From positions 1-64,000 of IMG/VR virus record IMGVR_UViG_3300037042_004723: a stretch of 64,000 nt of DNA; one strand, 5' to 3'. The DNA is from a virus. The notes beneath the pieces were generated by a model. The model was not told the origin of the DNA. It saw only the letters and a program-made list of their open reading frames with translations, and did not search any database. Below, piece after piece: positions 18,592-28,278 of this stretch. Numbering within the stretch: position 1 is the first letter of the stretch; each line of letters opens with the position of its first letter. The translations under genes were made by a program, and so were the position numbers.

Positions 18592-19100
18592 ACAAGCTCC
18601 TTGGAAACGGGTTGAGGTGCGACGCTGCGGGCCAGCCGCAGCCCGTGGACGGCCTCCAGCAGATCCTGCTCGGTGCCGTGGTAGTCCGCGCCCGCGTCGC
18701 GCAGGCGCTCGTGGTGCTGGGCCCACGCCTCGGCCGCGACGATGAGGGGCTGGCACGCCTGCGCCGCACGTGCGCAGCCGGCCGCGTCGAGCAGGGCCAC
18801 CCGATAGTGGTCCCGCTCGGCGGTCAGGCCCTCGACCTCGGCGAGCCGGTCAGACTCGGCCCGCTCCGCGCGCTGGATGGCGGCGTCACGCTCCAGGGCG
18901 GTGGTCGATGCGTCGATGGTCATGTCCACCAGCGACTCGGTCATCTCGTCGCAGAACGAGCGGTGCTCGTCGACCTGCGCGCGTAGGTCATCCCGCTCCC
19001 GCTCGCACTCGGCGAGGCGGGTGCGGAGTTCGTGCATCTCGTCCGTGTCAAACAGCGGGCGGTCGCAGGCACCACAGCACGGCTCGTTGGGATCACTCAC
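18588..19100 (-). CDS. Coiled-coil hypothetical protein (high-GC island)
   Basis: GTG start; ERDAAIQRAERAE-type heptads. Confidence 0.6.
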   Translation of the reverse strand: MSDPNEPCCGACDRPLFDTDEMHELRTRLAECERERDDLRAQVDEHRSFCDEMTESLVDMTIDASTTALERDAAIQRAERAESDRLAEVEGLTAERDHYRVALLDAAGCARAAQACQPLIVAAEAWAQHHERLRDAGADYHGTEQDLLEAVHGLRLARSVAPQPVSKELV

Positions 19101-19842
19101 CGGCGACCTCCTTGCGGATGCGCGAGATAGCACCTTCCTCGTTGGCGCTATCGCAGGCGTACGAGCACGCCTCCTCCACCAGCCCCCGCAGCCGCGCCAC
19201 CTCGGCCCGCTCGGCGTCAAGCTGGCGCTCGAAGTCGCTGTTGGCGTACGAGTCGCGGTCAGCGGTGAGCCACGCCACCTCGACCACCAGCCGCGCGTGG
19301 TCGGCGAGGAGCGCGGGGAGGGCGTTCATGACCTCCGCCGCATCGCCGACGCTCACGTCGTCGAGTGCCGCGAGGCGGGCCAGGTTGTCGAGGTCAGGCG
19401 CATCGCACGTCGCGTGGTGCGCGTCGCGCTCGGCGTCCCGCTCCTCGACGAGCAGCCGCACCGCCTCGATCAGGTCGCCGTTGCTCGCGGGCTCGCACGC
19501 CATCGCAGCAGCGACTTGTGCAAGCACGTGGCGGGCTTCGCGGGCGTGGTGCCGGGCCAAGTCGCGCTCTTTGATCGCCACGTCGTGGAAAGCCTCGGCC
19601 ATGCGCTGCATGGTCTGGGCGAGGTCGCGCGCACGCTCAGCCTGCGCCAGCACGACCTCGCCCTCGACCAGGCGCTTGATGGTCGCGAGGTGGTCGCGGG
19701 CCTCGGTTTCCGCGAGGCGCTGCCACTCGTCGGCGCGGGCGTTGGTGGGGCAGAGGACGAACTCGTCCACGTCGCAGTGAACGCGCGTGGGGTCCGGGTT
19801 GGCGACGGTCAGGCGGATGCCGGTGTCAAAAGGAGTCTTCAC
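19093..19842 (-). CDS. Coiled-coil hypothetical protein (high-GC island)
   Basis: ORF track, 249 aa, E/R/A-rich. Confidence 0.65.
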   Translation of the reverse strand: MKTPFDTGIRLTVANPDPTRVHCDVDEFVLCPTNARADEWQRLAETEARDHLATIKRLVEGEVVLAQAERARDLAQTMQRMAEAFHDVAIKERDLARHHAREARHVLAQVAAAMACEPASNGDLIEAVRLLVEERDAERDAHHATCDAPDLDNLARLAALDDVSVGDAAEVMNALPALLADHARLVVEVAWLTADRDSYANSDFERQLDAERAEVARLRGLVEEACSYACDSANEEGAISRIRKEVAGE

Positions 19843-19948
19843 GGCAGCCCTCCATTGGTGCGAGCGGGCCAGCCCTGCTCGACGGCGTCGTATGGGTCTT
19901 TATTGGCCATGGTCTACCTACAACTCAGGTCGTGGTTTCTTCCGCCAT

Positions 19949-20344
19949 TTACTGCTCTGTGACGGGCGGACGTACGACTTTGGCGCGGATGTCTCTCGTT
20001 ACTTCTAAAGACCTCCCTAGAGACAGAAACCCAGGCTCCTGAGAGTTGCGCGGAGAACAGAACAAGTACCCGCCTTCTACCTTCTGAACGGCGCACCGCT
20101 TGAACGACTCAGCTTCACCGTTCTCGATGGCGGCAGCTAGCTCGATCATCTCCATGGATGTGACCCCTACACAGGCATCGGAGATCTTCCCGGAGTGCAT
20201 CAGCATGCTCCCATACGCCATAGGCTTCATCCAGCGCTCGTTTGGATGATCAACCCGCTCGATGGTCCACCAATCTTTCACGTGCTCTGAGCGCACGACA
20301 ACAGCCCTCACGGCATCCCCAGGCTTGGTCACGTACTCGTTCAT
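19949..20344 (-). CDS. Hypothetical protein
   Basis: ORF track; start MNEYVTK chosen. Confidence 0.55.
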   Translation of the reverse strand: MNEYVTKPGDAVRAVVVRSEHVKDWWTIERVDHPNERWMKPMAYGSMLMHSGKISDACVGVTSMEMIELAAAIENGEAESFKRCAVQKVEGGYLFCSPRNSQEPGFLSLGRSLEVTRDIRAKVVRPPVTEQ

Positions 20345-20794
20345 GCAGGGCATCTCATCACCCAACAAATCTATTGTCAATTTTCTAACCAGGCGCATCT
20401 CCAACACCCTTCCACGCAAGCGTTTGCGCGGGTCCACCAACAATACATAAATCGATCAGGTAAAGAGGCGCATTGTCCAATCAGGGCGATCACTTCCGGA
20501 CCATCTTACATAGATCGGTCATCCCCGAATTGTCCATCAACACTTACACAGGGCAAAATCGGCGGGGTAAATACTTTCACGTTAGTCAACCTCACAACTA
20601 CACTATTAGGAGAACCTCAGGAAAGCAGAACCCTAAGGAAGACTGAAGGGAGAACCTAAGAGATAACCCTCGCAGACTCGGGAGATTGCGGACTCGTTCT
20701 GCGAGGTTGCACAGGGGTAGAGAAAACTCATGAGTTTTCCAGAGGCAAATGGGCCTAGGACGAAGAGGGGAAGACACCCTGGAAAAGGGGAGTT

Positions 20795-20870
20795 GGGCTC
20801 CAAGAATAGGGGGGAGAATAGGAGAGTCGGGCTCCAAGAATAGGGGAGGGAAGGGCTCCAAGAATAGGGG
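20795..20870. repeat. Three 18-bp direct repeats GGGCTCCAAGAATAGGGG (iteron-like)
   Basis: Copies at 20795, 20829 and 20853 in a ~0.9-kb non-coding block. Confidence 0.85.
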
Positions 20871-21277
20871 AGTTGGGCTTGTCCGCGCGCCTCCCGCTGG
20901 GAGAAAAACACTTCCAAATGATCACGACGCAAGCGGCCTAGGTGACGGAAAACTCATGAGTTTTCCGGGTCGCCGCCTGAATTCTCCCGGGAGGGGTGAT
21001 CATGCAAGCGGCCACCCGCTGTACCAGGGGGGTGAGTTTTCCCAGTTCTACAGCTCCTGTGGTGGTGGAAAACTCAGGCCCCTATGGGAGTTTTCCGAAG
21101 CACCCCAGGGTGGAGTTTTCCACCTGGGGGCCCTATAGTGCGTGGGTCGAGTCGCCAAGATCTACACATTGACAATGAAGATCCAAAACAATCGCAGAAT
21201 AGCAGGTGATCTCCTGGTCGGTGCAAAATCGATCGGCGTTTTTGGACTTCTTTTTGCTGTGGTAGGACTTCTTGGCG

Positions 21278-21306
21278 TTGACAATCGTCACGCCACCACG
21301 TAATCG
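21278..21306 (+). promoter_or_regulatory. sigma70-like promoter of the RHH gene (leadered)
   Basis: TTGACA-17-TAATCG, then GAGGG before ATG 21329. Confidence 0.55.
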
Positions 21307-21328
21307 TTTTGAGGGAATCTAAATAGTT

Positions 21329-21793
21329 ATGGCAAGTAAGAAGACGCGAAGGAGCATCAGCATCACGGGGGGTGCGTACTGGGCGCTCAAGGAGCGTTGT
21401 GACAGGGATGGGGTGAGCATGAGCGGGGTAACGGAGAAGCTGGTGCGCGAGTTCCTGGGGCGGCCAGATCGTGATGAGGTTGCGGCTGCGGCTGCGGTGG
21501 CTCCCAAGGCTCCGCCCATGGATCCGCCCCGCCAGCATGTGAAGATGGTGCCGGTGAGGATCGTCGTCGCGCGGCCTCCGAAGTCAACGAAGCCCGCCAA
21601 GCCTGCCCACGCTCCTCCGGTCGTCGCGGCCAAGCCGGTGCTGCGTACCAAGCCGGTGCTGCGTGAGCCGGCTGACCGAGCGGAGCAGATCAGAGCCGCT
21701 GCCGCCCGCATCGCTGCCCGCAAGGCCGATGAGCCGGTCAAGAAGACCGGGGTGCCTGTGGCCGACCTGGCCTCGAAGATCTTCACGTTCTAG
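21329..21793 (+). CDS. Ribbon-helix-helix (CopG-like) DNA-binding protein with Pro/Ala/Lys-rich tail
   Basis: RRSISITGGAYWALKERCDRDGVSMSGVTEKLVREFL. Confidence 0.65.
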   Translation: MASKKTRRSISITGGAYWALKERCDRDGVSMSGVTEKLVREFLGRPDRDEVAAAAAVAPKAPPMDPPRQHVKMVPVRIVVARPPKSTKPAKPAHAPPVVAAKPVLRTKPVLREPADRAEQIRAAAARIAARKADEPVKKTGVPVADLASKIFTF

Positions 21794-22389
21794 AGCAGGT
21801 CGATGGCGGCGTTGATGCGGTCCTCCTTGAAGCTGAGGTACTGCGAGGTGGAGGTGATCCACTTGTGACCCAGCGCCCCCTGAAGCTGCTTGAGGTCACC
21901 GCCCAAGAGGTCGTACATCCGCTCGGCGTAGGTCTTCCTCATGCAGTGGGTGCCAAGGGTTCCCGTCAGCCCGATGGCGGCGAAGGCCGTATCGAACATC
22001 CGCCATACCTGGATGCGGCTGATGCGCTTTCGTGCGCGGCTACAGAACAAGGGGGTGTCGTCCTGGCATCCCCATACCTGGAGCGCCGACAGCCACGCCG
22101 ACACGGCAGCCTTGGCCTTGGCGTTGAGGCGGACGATTCTACCTTCGCCCTTGCCCTTCATGGCGCAGCGGCGAACGGCTACCGAGTCGACAATGGCCCC
22201 GTGCTGGAGTACGTCGCCCACCGTGAGGGACAGGAGTTCGGACACCCGGAAGCCGGTGTTGAGGCCGAGGGTGAAGAAGGTGGCGTTGCGGAGGCCGAGG
22301 CCCTGGCAGCTACGCTGGTCTTCGTCACTGGTAAGGTGCGCGAGGACTCGTTCTGTTTCAGACTTCGTGAGCGGCCGGCATCCCTTCAT
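21790..22389 (-). CDS. Tyrosine recombinase (catalytic domain only)
   Basis: TGFRVSELL (R), KGKG (K), THCMRK (HxxR), LGH, YL; CTGAAA-17-TGTAGG-6-ATG. Confidence 0.92.
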   Translation of the reverse strand: MKGCRPLTKSETERVLAHLTSDEDQRSCQGLGLRNATFFTLGLNTGFRVSELLSLTVGDVLQHGAIVDSVAVRRCAMKGKGEGRIVRLNAKAKAAVSAWLSALQVWGCQDDTPLFCSRARKRISRIQVWRMFDTAFAAIGLTGTLGTHCMRKTYAERMYDLLGGDLKQLQGALGHKWITSTSQYLSFKEDRINAAIDLL

Positions 22390-22430
22390 GCTCTACCTAC
22401 AACTGAGCGGCCGAGATTTTTCAGGGCATT

Positions 22431-22772
22431 TTGGGGTATGTATTCGGAATGATCTTCGCCGCCATCATTGAGGAGTGCCGGTCCATCGTTGAGTCTGGCG
22501 ATTATGGTTCGCTGGCTAAAGCGGCCAGCCGTGCATCGCAAGATGCGTACGACACGTCCCATGAGGCCAAGCGGAAGTCTAAGGACGTCCGCTCCCAGGC
22601 GGTGGCTCAGAGGGCGCATGAGTTTGCGAGCAGGGCGCACCGGACTGCCAGGGAGGCGCTGCCCACGAGGGACCCAGGCCATGATCATCATAGGTCCCTT
22701 GAGAAGGACCATGACAATCACTACACGTACCACCGCGATGCGTATCACGCGATCATGCGGGACTTACCCTAG
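22431..22772 (+). CDS. Hypothetical His-rich protein
   Basis: ORF track; start uncertain. Confidence 0.45.
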   Translation: MGYVFGMIFAAIIEECRSIVESGDYGSLAKAASRASQDAYDTSHEAKRKSKDVRSQAVAQRAHEFASRAHRTAREALPTRDPGHDHHRSLEKDHDNHYTYHRDAYHAIMRDLP

Positions 22773-22814
22773 GTAACGTTCTGCCCTATTGTTGACTATG
22801 CAGCCCAACGTCTA

Positions 22815-23336
22815 TTAACGGCGTTTCCTCATTGCGACGTGTGGGCATTGACCGCAGATGCTTTTGCCTCGGTTGCAGTTCCAGCAGAGAAGCTGGAAGC
22901 GGTCCTTTGGGAAGTTGTTTTTCTTGAGCCATTCATACAGCCGGCCCGTTCCGCCGATGGCTTTGCGGTGCTCACTGCCGTCTTCATGGATGTGATCAAC
23001 GGCGAGGAATTCCGGGATGGTTTCCCCGCAGCACGCGCAAGCTCCGCCGTATGCGGCTAGCACTTCTGCCCTGCGACTGGCCCCCTTCACCTTTTGCCTG
23101 GCGAGGTAGTTCACATACCAATCGGCACGGTTGTCGATTGCTCTCTTTACGCGCACCCTGGTTGATTCCCGAAGCGCTTCCGGTGGTCGCTTCGCCTGGC
23201 TGGCCATGGTCGCTTTTTTGTCGCATCCCTTGCAGTAGGAGTGCGGTCCCCCGCTCGGTCTACTCTTGGATGGCTTGTAGACGTAAAAGTCGGATAATGG
23301 CAATTCCTGCTTGCACTTGGCGCACGCCTTGGTCAT
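22815..23336 (-). CDS. HNH endonuclease
   Basis: YGGACACCGE...FLAVDHI...LLCWNCN; TTGATC-17-TACAGT-6-ATG. Confidence 0.85.
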   Translation of the reverse strand: MTKACAKCKQELPLSDFYVYKPSKSRPSGGPHSYCKGCDKKATMASQAKRPPEALRESTRVRVKRAIDNRADWYVNYLARQKVKGASRRAEVLAAYGGACACCGETIPEFLAVDHIHEDGSEHRKAIGGTGRLYEWLKKNNFPKDRFQLLCWNCNRGKSICGQCPHVAMRKRR

Positions 23337-23667
23337 GCGTCTACTGTACGGTAAAGATCTTTACTGATCAATAGACAGATCTCTGTACCCCGGTAGACGC
23401 CGACTACCATCCGCGTGACGAGGTATGTCATGGCGTGGAGGGAAACGGAAAACTCATGAGTTTTCCGTTTCTGAATCTGAATTCAAACCGAACCGCCTCA
23501 AGGTGTGATGCGGTTAGGCTCGGCCGTCTGGTGAGCGGCTGACGTGGTGGGGGCCGGTAGTGCCCCGCCCGTACCGTGCCGGGTACCCAGAGTTTTCCCT
23601 CGGAGCCCCTGCCCCGCCTGACGCAACGCGCCGTGAAAATCCGGGCGGGCTCAGTTGTAGTAAGGGC

Positions 23668-23901
23668 ATGGCAAGCAAATACGAGTGGGACCGAAACATC
23701 TGGACCGGCAATAGCATTGCCAGGGTGACGGAAAGCATCCGGCTGATCCGCGTGGGCGACGCCGAGGGGTTTCTCTACAGCGCGGAGGATTGGGGCGACC
23801 ATTCCACGGGGTATCCGGTCAAGGGGCCGTGGGAGAGCACCCCGACGAAAGCCATCCGCGAACTGAAAAAGGAAGCCCTCTCAGTTGTAGTGGTGCCATG
23901 A
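23668..23901 (+). CDS. Hypothetical protein (MASKYEW...)
   Basis: GTGAAA-17-TGTAGT-6-ATG; its 3' end contains the next promoter. Confidence 0.75.
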   Translation: MASKYEWDRNIWTGNSIARVTESIRLIRVGDAEGFLYSAEDWGDHSTGYPVKGPWESTPTKAIRELKKEALSVVVVP

Positions 23902-24146
23902 GCAAAGTCACTCCCCGTAAGGCCAACCTCCGCACCCTGCACGCCGCTGGCACCTACTCCAACACCGAGGATTCTTGCGCCCGCCGGCTGGCCCGCGCAA
24001 TCCACGCTGCTGAGTCCACCTGCTGTTCCACGTCGTGGTCCGCGCAGGAGCGCGCCGAGACGTTTTTTAATGCCAACGGGCTGGCCCGTTCCCTCGATGC
24101 GTGCGCCCGGCTGGAAGCATTGCGGTTGCCCGATGCGGATAACTGA
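23898..24146 (+). CDS. Hypothetical protein (MSKVTPRK...)
   Basis: CTGAAA-17-TGTAGT-6-ATG. Confidence 0.75.
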   Translation: MSKVTPRKANLRTLHAAGTYSNTEDSCARRLARAIHAAESTCCSTSWSAQERAETFFNANGLARSLDACARLEALRLPDADN

Positions 24147-24177
24147 AAATCCCGGCAACCCCAGTTGTAGTAAGTCC
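24143..24177 (+). promoter_or_regulatory. Representative class-1 leaderless promoter (about 70 copies in the window)
   Basis: CTGAAA (24143) - 17 nt - TGTAGT (24166) - 6 nt - ATG (24178); same geometry at 25501, 25761, 26045, 26348, 27265, 28279, 31024, 32763, 42709, 43207, 47142, 49098 and minus-strand copies. Confidence 0.85.
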
Positions 24178-25446
24178 ATGAAGCTTCCCCTGACCATCGG
24201 CACCGCCCCGGACGGCGCGCTCGTCCAGCTTCCCATCGCGGCCATGCGCCGTCACATGCTGGCGCTTGGTGCGTCGGGCTCGGGTAAGACCGTGCTCTGC
24301 AAGGTCATCGTCGAGGAGTGCATCCGCAAGGGTCTTCCCGTCATCGCCATTGACCCGCAGGGCGACCTTGCCTCCCTGGCTATCGAGGAGGATTCGGCCA
24401 CGCTCGTTCGCATGGGCGTTGACCCTGGCATCGCGCGTGAGTTCCGCGCCAGGGTTGACGTGAAAATCTGGACGCCCGGTGCTACGCTCGGAATTCCCCT
24501 CTCGTTCACGCCCGCGATGAACGTGCCTACGGGCATCCGCGCCGAGGACCGTATCCGCGCGTTCGGTAGCGTGGCGACCTCGCTTGCCGCCATGGTCGGG
24601 GCCACCGACGAAACCACGTCCGTTGCATTTTCGATGATTCTTGAGTACGCCGACGCCAACAACCTGGCGTGCGAAAACATCAATGATTTCATCAACTTCC
24701 TTGCCGACCCGCCGGACCCGCTGGCGCGCAAGCTTGAGTCCGTCTACGACGCGAAGGCCCGCGCGAAGTCGCACAAGTCGTTTCTTCTCAAGACCTTGGG
24801 AGCTAACCGGCTGCTGTTCGATCTCGGCTGTCCCATCGATGTCAACGAGCTTTTCGGCCTGTACGTCGGCGGGCCGACGGACAACGGCAAGGCTCGGCTT
24901 TCCGTCATCTATCTTAACACCCTGACTTCGCAGGAGGATAAGGAGATTTTCATCGCGCTGCTCTGTTCGGCCATGTACCAGTGGATGCTGACGCTGGATT
25001 CTCAACTCTGGGGCTGTCTGCTGATCGATGAAATAGCTCAATACCTTCCGCCAGTTAGGAACCCTGCCAGCAAGAAAGGGCTCATGCTCTTACTTCGCCA
25101 GGCCCGCAAGTACGGGCTTTGCTGTCTGCTCGGAACCCAAAGCCCTGGTGATATCGACTACAAAGCATTGGGCCAGATCGGTACGGTTGCCATTGGCCGC
25201 ATTCTTGGCGAGCGCGCCTTGGGTAAGGTTGAGTCGCTGATCCGCGCCGCGCCCGGTACCAATGCTGATGAGATCATGGCTAGACTGCCTGCCCTGAAGC
25301 GTGGTGAGTTCGTGCTGATCAATCCCGACGAGTACGATGGGCCGATGGACACGCAGGTCCGTTGGCTCAGTACCAAGCATCGGGTCGTTTCCGCCGACGA
25401 ATTGCCTGGGATGGTTTCCAGGGAAGATCGTGAAAAGTTCGGCTAG
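24178..25446 (+). CDS. HerA/DUF87-like P-loop ATPase (422 aa)
   Basis: HMLALGASGSGKT, IAIDPQGD, LLIDE, RQARKYGL, TQSPGDID. Confidence 0.85.
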   Translation: MKLPLTIGTAPDGALVQLPIAAMRRHMLALGASGSGKTVLCKVIVEECIRKGLPVIAIDPQGDLASLAIEEDSATLVRMGVDPGIAREFRARVDVKIWTPGATLGIPLSFTPAMNVPTGIRAEDRIRAFGSVATSLAAMVGATDETTSVAFSMILEYADANNLACENINDFINFLADPPDPLARKLESVYDAKARAKSHKSFLLKTLGANRLLFDLGCPIDVNELFGLYVGGPTDNGKARLSVIYLNTLTSQEDKEIFIALLCSAMYQWMLTLDSQLWGCLLIDEIAQYLPPVRNPASKKGLMLLLRQARKYGLCCLLGTQSPGDIDYKALGQIGTVAIGRILGERALGKVESLIRAAPGTNADEIMARLPALKRGEFVLINPDEYDGPMDTQVRWLSTKHRVVSADELPGMVSREDREKFG

Positions 25447-25500
25447 GCCAAAGGTCTTATCAAGGTTGAAAATCTTTGTTAGCTCAGTTGTAGTAAGCCC

Positions 25501-25695
25501 ATGAGCATCACAACGGTTGACGGAAAGAAGTGGGCCGAGGAGGAAACGGATGCGGCGACCCTGGCGTTTCTGATCTGGAAGCGGTGGGGCTGCGACATGG
25601 CCGGGGCGGCGGTGGCCTGGCGGCGGCTGCATCAGAATTCCTGCCCTGATGCGGAGTTCGAGAAGCTGGTGCAGCGGGCGGTGGCCCGGCGCTAG
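25501..25695 (+). CDS. Hypothetical protein
   Basis: Class-1 promoter 6 nt before ATG. Confidence 0.75.
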   Translation: MSITTVDGKKWAEEETDAATLAFLIWKRWGCDMAGAAVAWRRLHQNSCPDAEFEKLVQRAVARR

Positions 25696-25760
25696 CCGTG
25701 GCCGGAGAGTTTTCCTGTGCGGTCGGTGAAAATTCAGGTCAGCTCAGTTGTAGTAGGGAC

Positions 25761-25982
25761 ATGAACAAGAACTACAAAGTCGACTACAAAGTCGGGTCGG
25801 TCATCGAGTACAGCCCGTTCGGCGGCGGTTGCCGGCGGGTGGTCGTCGAGGAGAAGGAGGACGATATCAAGAACGGTCGGCCTGGCTTCTCGGGGCATCA
25901 GGTCGGCGCTGGTCCTGGTGGCGGGCTGGGCGGCGGGGTGTGGGGCTACGATGATCAGATCATCCGGGTCGTCAGCAAGTAG
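25761..25982 (+). CDS. Hypothetical protein
   Basis: Class-1 promoter 6 nt before ATG. Confidence 0.75.
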   Translation: MNKNYKVDYKVGSVIEYSPFGGGCRRVVVEEKEDDIKNGRPGFSGHQVGAGPGGGLGGGVWGYDDQIIRVVSK

Positions 25983-26044
25983 ACCCGCGCAAGCCCTTGC
26001 GCCGGTTCCCTGAAAATCCCGGCGTCCACAGTTGTAGTAGGACC

Positions 26045-26266
26045 ATGGACAATCCCAAGAATCGGCTCACGTTCTACCGCAAGTCGATCATCGAGTTGAT
26101 CAACTGCTCCCTCGAAGAAGCCCGGCTCGTCGAAGACCTCATGCGGTCCGAGAACGGCGGGGTACTAAGCCACCTGACCCGCGCCAAGTTCAAGCGGGAG
26201 GCGCTCAAGGCGCTGCGCCAGGTGCCGGCGATGCGCGCCGAGTTCCCTGCCTGGGATCCGTGGTGA
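26045..26266 (+). CDS. Hypothetical protein
   Basis: Class-1 promoter 6 nt before ATG. Confidence 0.75.
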   Translation: MDNPKNRLTFYRKSIIELINCSLEEARLVEDLMRSENGGVLSHLTRAKFKREALKALRQVPAMRAEFPAWDPW

Positions 26267-26347
26267 CACCCGGGCCGTCCCGGCCGTCAGGAGAGTTTTC
26301 TGCCACGGTCACCTGAAAATCCAGCCACCCTCAGTTGTAGTACCACC

Positions 26348-26539
26348 ATGAAAGCAACCTGTCCCGCGAACAAGAAGCACAATCAGTTCACGACCGTAGC
26401 TCACGTCATGGAGGAGTGGCTGGTCGACGACGCTGGCAACTTCATCAAAGTCAGTGCGTCGCTTCAGACGACCCACGGCCCTGATGCTGAAAATATCTGG
26501 ACCTGCGCCGTGTGCGGCGCAGAAGCGGAGGTCAAGTAG
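26348..26539 (+). CDS. Small Zn-ribbon-like protein, paralog A
   Basis: CP...H...WTCAVCG; near-identical to 28539-28730. Confidence 0.8.
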   Translation: MKATCPANKKHNQFTTVAHVMEEWLVDDAGNFIKVSASLQTTHGPDAENIWTCAVCGAEAEVK

Positions 26540-26541
26540 TC

Positions 26542-26784
26542 ATGAGCAAAGCAAGCGTCGTCGATATCGAAGCGTGCATGGCGAAGGTCAAGGCCCTCAC
26601 CCCCGAGCAGACCGACGAGGGCCTGCTCGATGAGGCCGTTCACCATGTCGCTTCGCAAGAGGCGAGAGAGGCCAACAACGGCGGGTTTCAGGCCCAGGTC
26701 ATCTTTCTTCTGGAGAAGGGGCTGACCGTCGAGGACGTGTTATTTCTGTTCGATGATTCCCCCACTCCTGAAAATACTCACTAG
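26542..26784 (+). CDS. Hypothetical protein, paralog B
   Basis: Near-identical to 28733-28981. Confidence 0.8.
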   Translation: MSKASVVDIEACMAKVKALTPEQTDEGLLDEAVHHVASQEAREANNGGFQAQVIFLLEKGLTVEDVLFLFDDSPTPENTH

Positions 26785-26828
26785 TCCAGTTGTAGTCACA
26801 TCAGAACCCAAACGAAAGAAGACGCACC

Positions 26829-27233
26829 GTGGCCAACAATTACCTTCAGTTCTCGTTCCTCGTTCCGCTCAAGACCAAGAAGGAGCGGACGTGGTTGACC
26901 AAGTTCCTGACGGATCGCCCGGAGGGTTTCTGGACCGCCAATCAGATCGACGACTGTGAAGATGTCGAGGACCGAGAGGTCGGGTTCCAGCATGAGTTCA
27001 GTGACGAGGGGGTGCTCATCTACGGGGAGGAGAATGGCGACACCGAGCAGGTGATCCAGATTCTCAAGCAGTTCCTCAAGGCGTCCGGCACCAAGCTGAC
27101 CAAGCTCGGGTTCTGCTACGCGCTGCCCTCGCTGCGCCCTGACGAGTTCGGTGGCGGGGCCATCCTGGTCAAGAAGACCGGCAAGGTCGAGTACATCGAC
27201 GCCAACGAGTGGCTCGCCGGCAAGCTGGCCTGA
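26829..27233 (+). CDS. Hypothetical phage protein (MANNYLQFS...)
   Basis: GTG start after a short leader from a class-1 promoter; DEFGGGA motif. Confidence 0.75.
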   Translation: MANNYLQFSFLVPLKTKKERTWLTKFLTDRPEGFWTANQIDDCEDVEDREVGFQHEFSDEGVLIYGEENGDTEQVIQILKQFLKASGTKLTKLGFCYALPSLRPDEFGGGAILVKKTGKVEYIDANEWLAGKLA

Positions 27234-27264
27234 AAATAACCCCTAGCTCAGGTGTAGTGAACAT

Positions 27265-27756
27265 ATGAGAATCACCGACGTGAAGAAGCTGGGCAAGGGC
27301 GATCAAGTCTACTGGAACGACCCCGCCGGCCCCGAGGGGTGCTCGCGCATCTACAACATCAACACCATCACGGTCTACCCAGGCGGCGTCGTCCACATCT
27401 GCGATGACCTGGGCGAGGTCGAGTGCTACGCCCGTGAGCTTCTGCCAGGGCTGCCCGACAAGCGCCCGACGCTCTGGGACAACAACGAAATCCAGTTCGC
27501 GCGGCTCCTCTGTGAGCTGGTCGCCAACTGCGACGACCTGAAGCTCCTTGAAGTCGCAGAGTCTATGGACCTCGACATGATCGACATTCGTCAGTTGTTC
27601 GACCGCGCCCACGATGTTTGGGAGGCGTCGAAGGCCAAGCACTGTCCGCCGCCAGAGCAGGCTGAGAACACCCGAAAGACGAAGCTTGCGAAGCGCATCG
27701 AGGCTGAAGCGAAGGCGGGTAATCCCCTGTTCGTCAGCTCGAATGGTCGCCGATGA
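27265..27756 (+). CDS. Hypothetical protein
   Basis: Class-1 promoter 6 nt before ATG. Confidence 0.75.
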   Translation: MRITDVKKLGKGDQVYWNDPAGPEGCSRIYNINTITVYPGGVVHICDDLGEVECYARELLPGLPDKRPTLWDNNEIQFARLLCELVANCDDLKLLEVAESMDLDMIDIRQLFDRAHDVWEASKAKHCPPPEQAENTRKTKLAKRIEAEAKAGNPLFVSSNGRR

Positions 27757-27953
27757 CCTTCAAAATCAACCGCGACGACAAGGAGAAGTGCCTCGGGTTC
27801 TTCTACCTCCGCCCAACCTACTGGGAATGGGGCGAGGTGAAGTGCAACGTGTGGTGGGGCCCCCGCCTTGGTATCATCGTCTGGAACGGCGTGGACTGGC
27901 ACCCCTACGAAGACTTCCAGCCCCACACTCTTATCGAGGTGCCGGGCAAGTAG
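27753..27953 (+). CDS. Hypothetical Trp-rich protein
   Basis: ATGA-coupled to upstream gene. Confidence 0.65.
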   Translation: MTFKINRDDKEKCLGFFYLRPTYWEWGEVKCNVWWGPRLGIIVWNGVDWHPYEDFQPHTLIEVPGK

Positions 27954-28024
27954 TCCTCGTGGCAGGAGTTTTCCGCCCGGGTAGAAAATTCGAAAGATTC
28001 CAAGGCCTCAGTTGTAGTTAGGTC

Positions 28025-28246
28025 GTGAACACCAACCAAGGAATTCCGATGACAGATGCCGAGAAGATCAAGACCCTAGAGTCCCGCGTCAAAAACACAG
28101 AGAACAGTCTCCGAGCTGTGGGAGGACGTCTAGAGCGCCTAGAGGAGGAGATGGCGCTCTGCCTCAAGTTCATGCGCGTCCAGGCCGAGAAGATGGCCAA
28201 GGAGAAGGATCCGGACTTCAAGGTCCACCCCAGCTACGAAGCCTAG
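28025..28246 (+). CDS. Hypothetical coiled-coil protein
   Basis: Class-1 promoter 6 nt before GTG. Confidence 0.7.
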   Translation: MNTNQGIPMTDAEKIKTLESRVKNTENSLRAVGGRLERLEEEMALCLKFMRVQAEKMAKEKDPDFKVHPSYEA

Positions 28247-28278
28247 AAAAAACCAGCTAGCCCAGTTGTAGTAGAACC

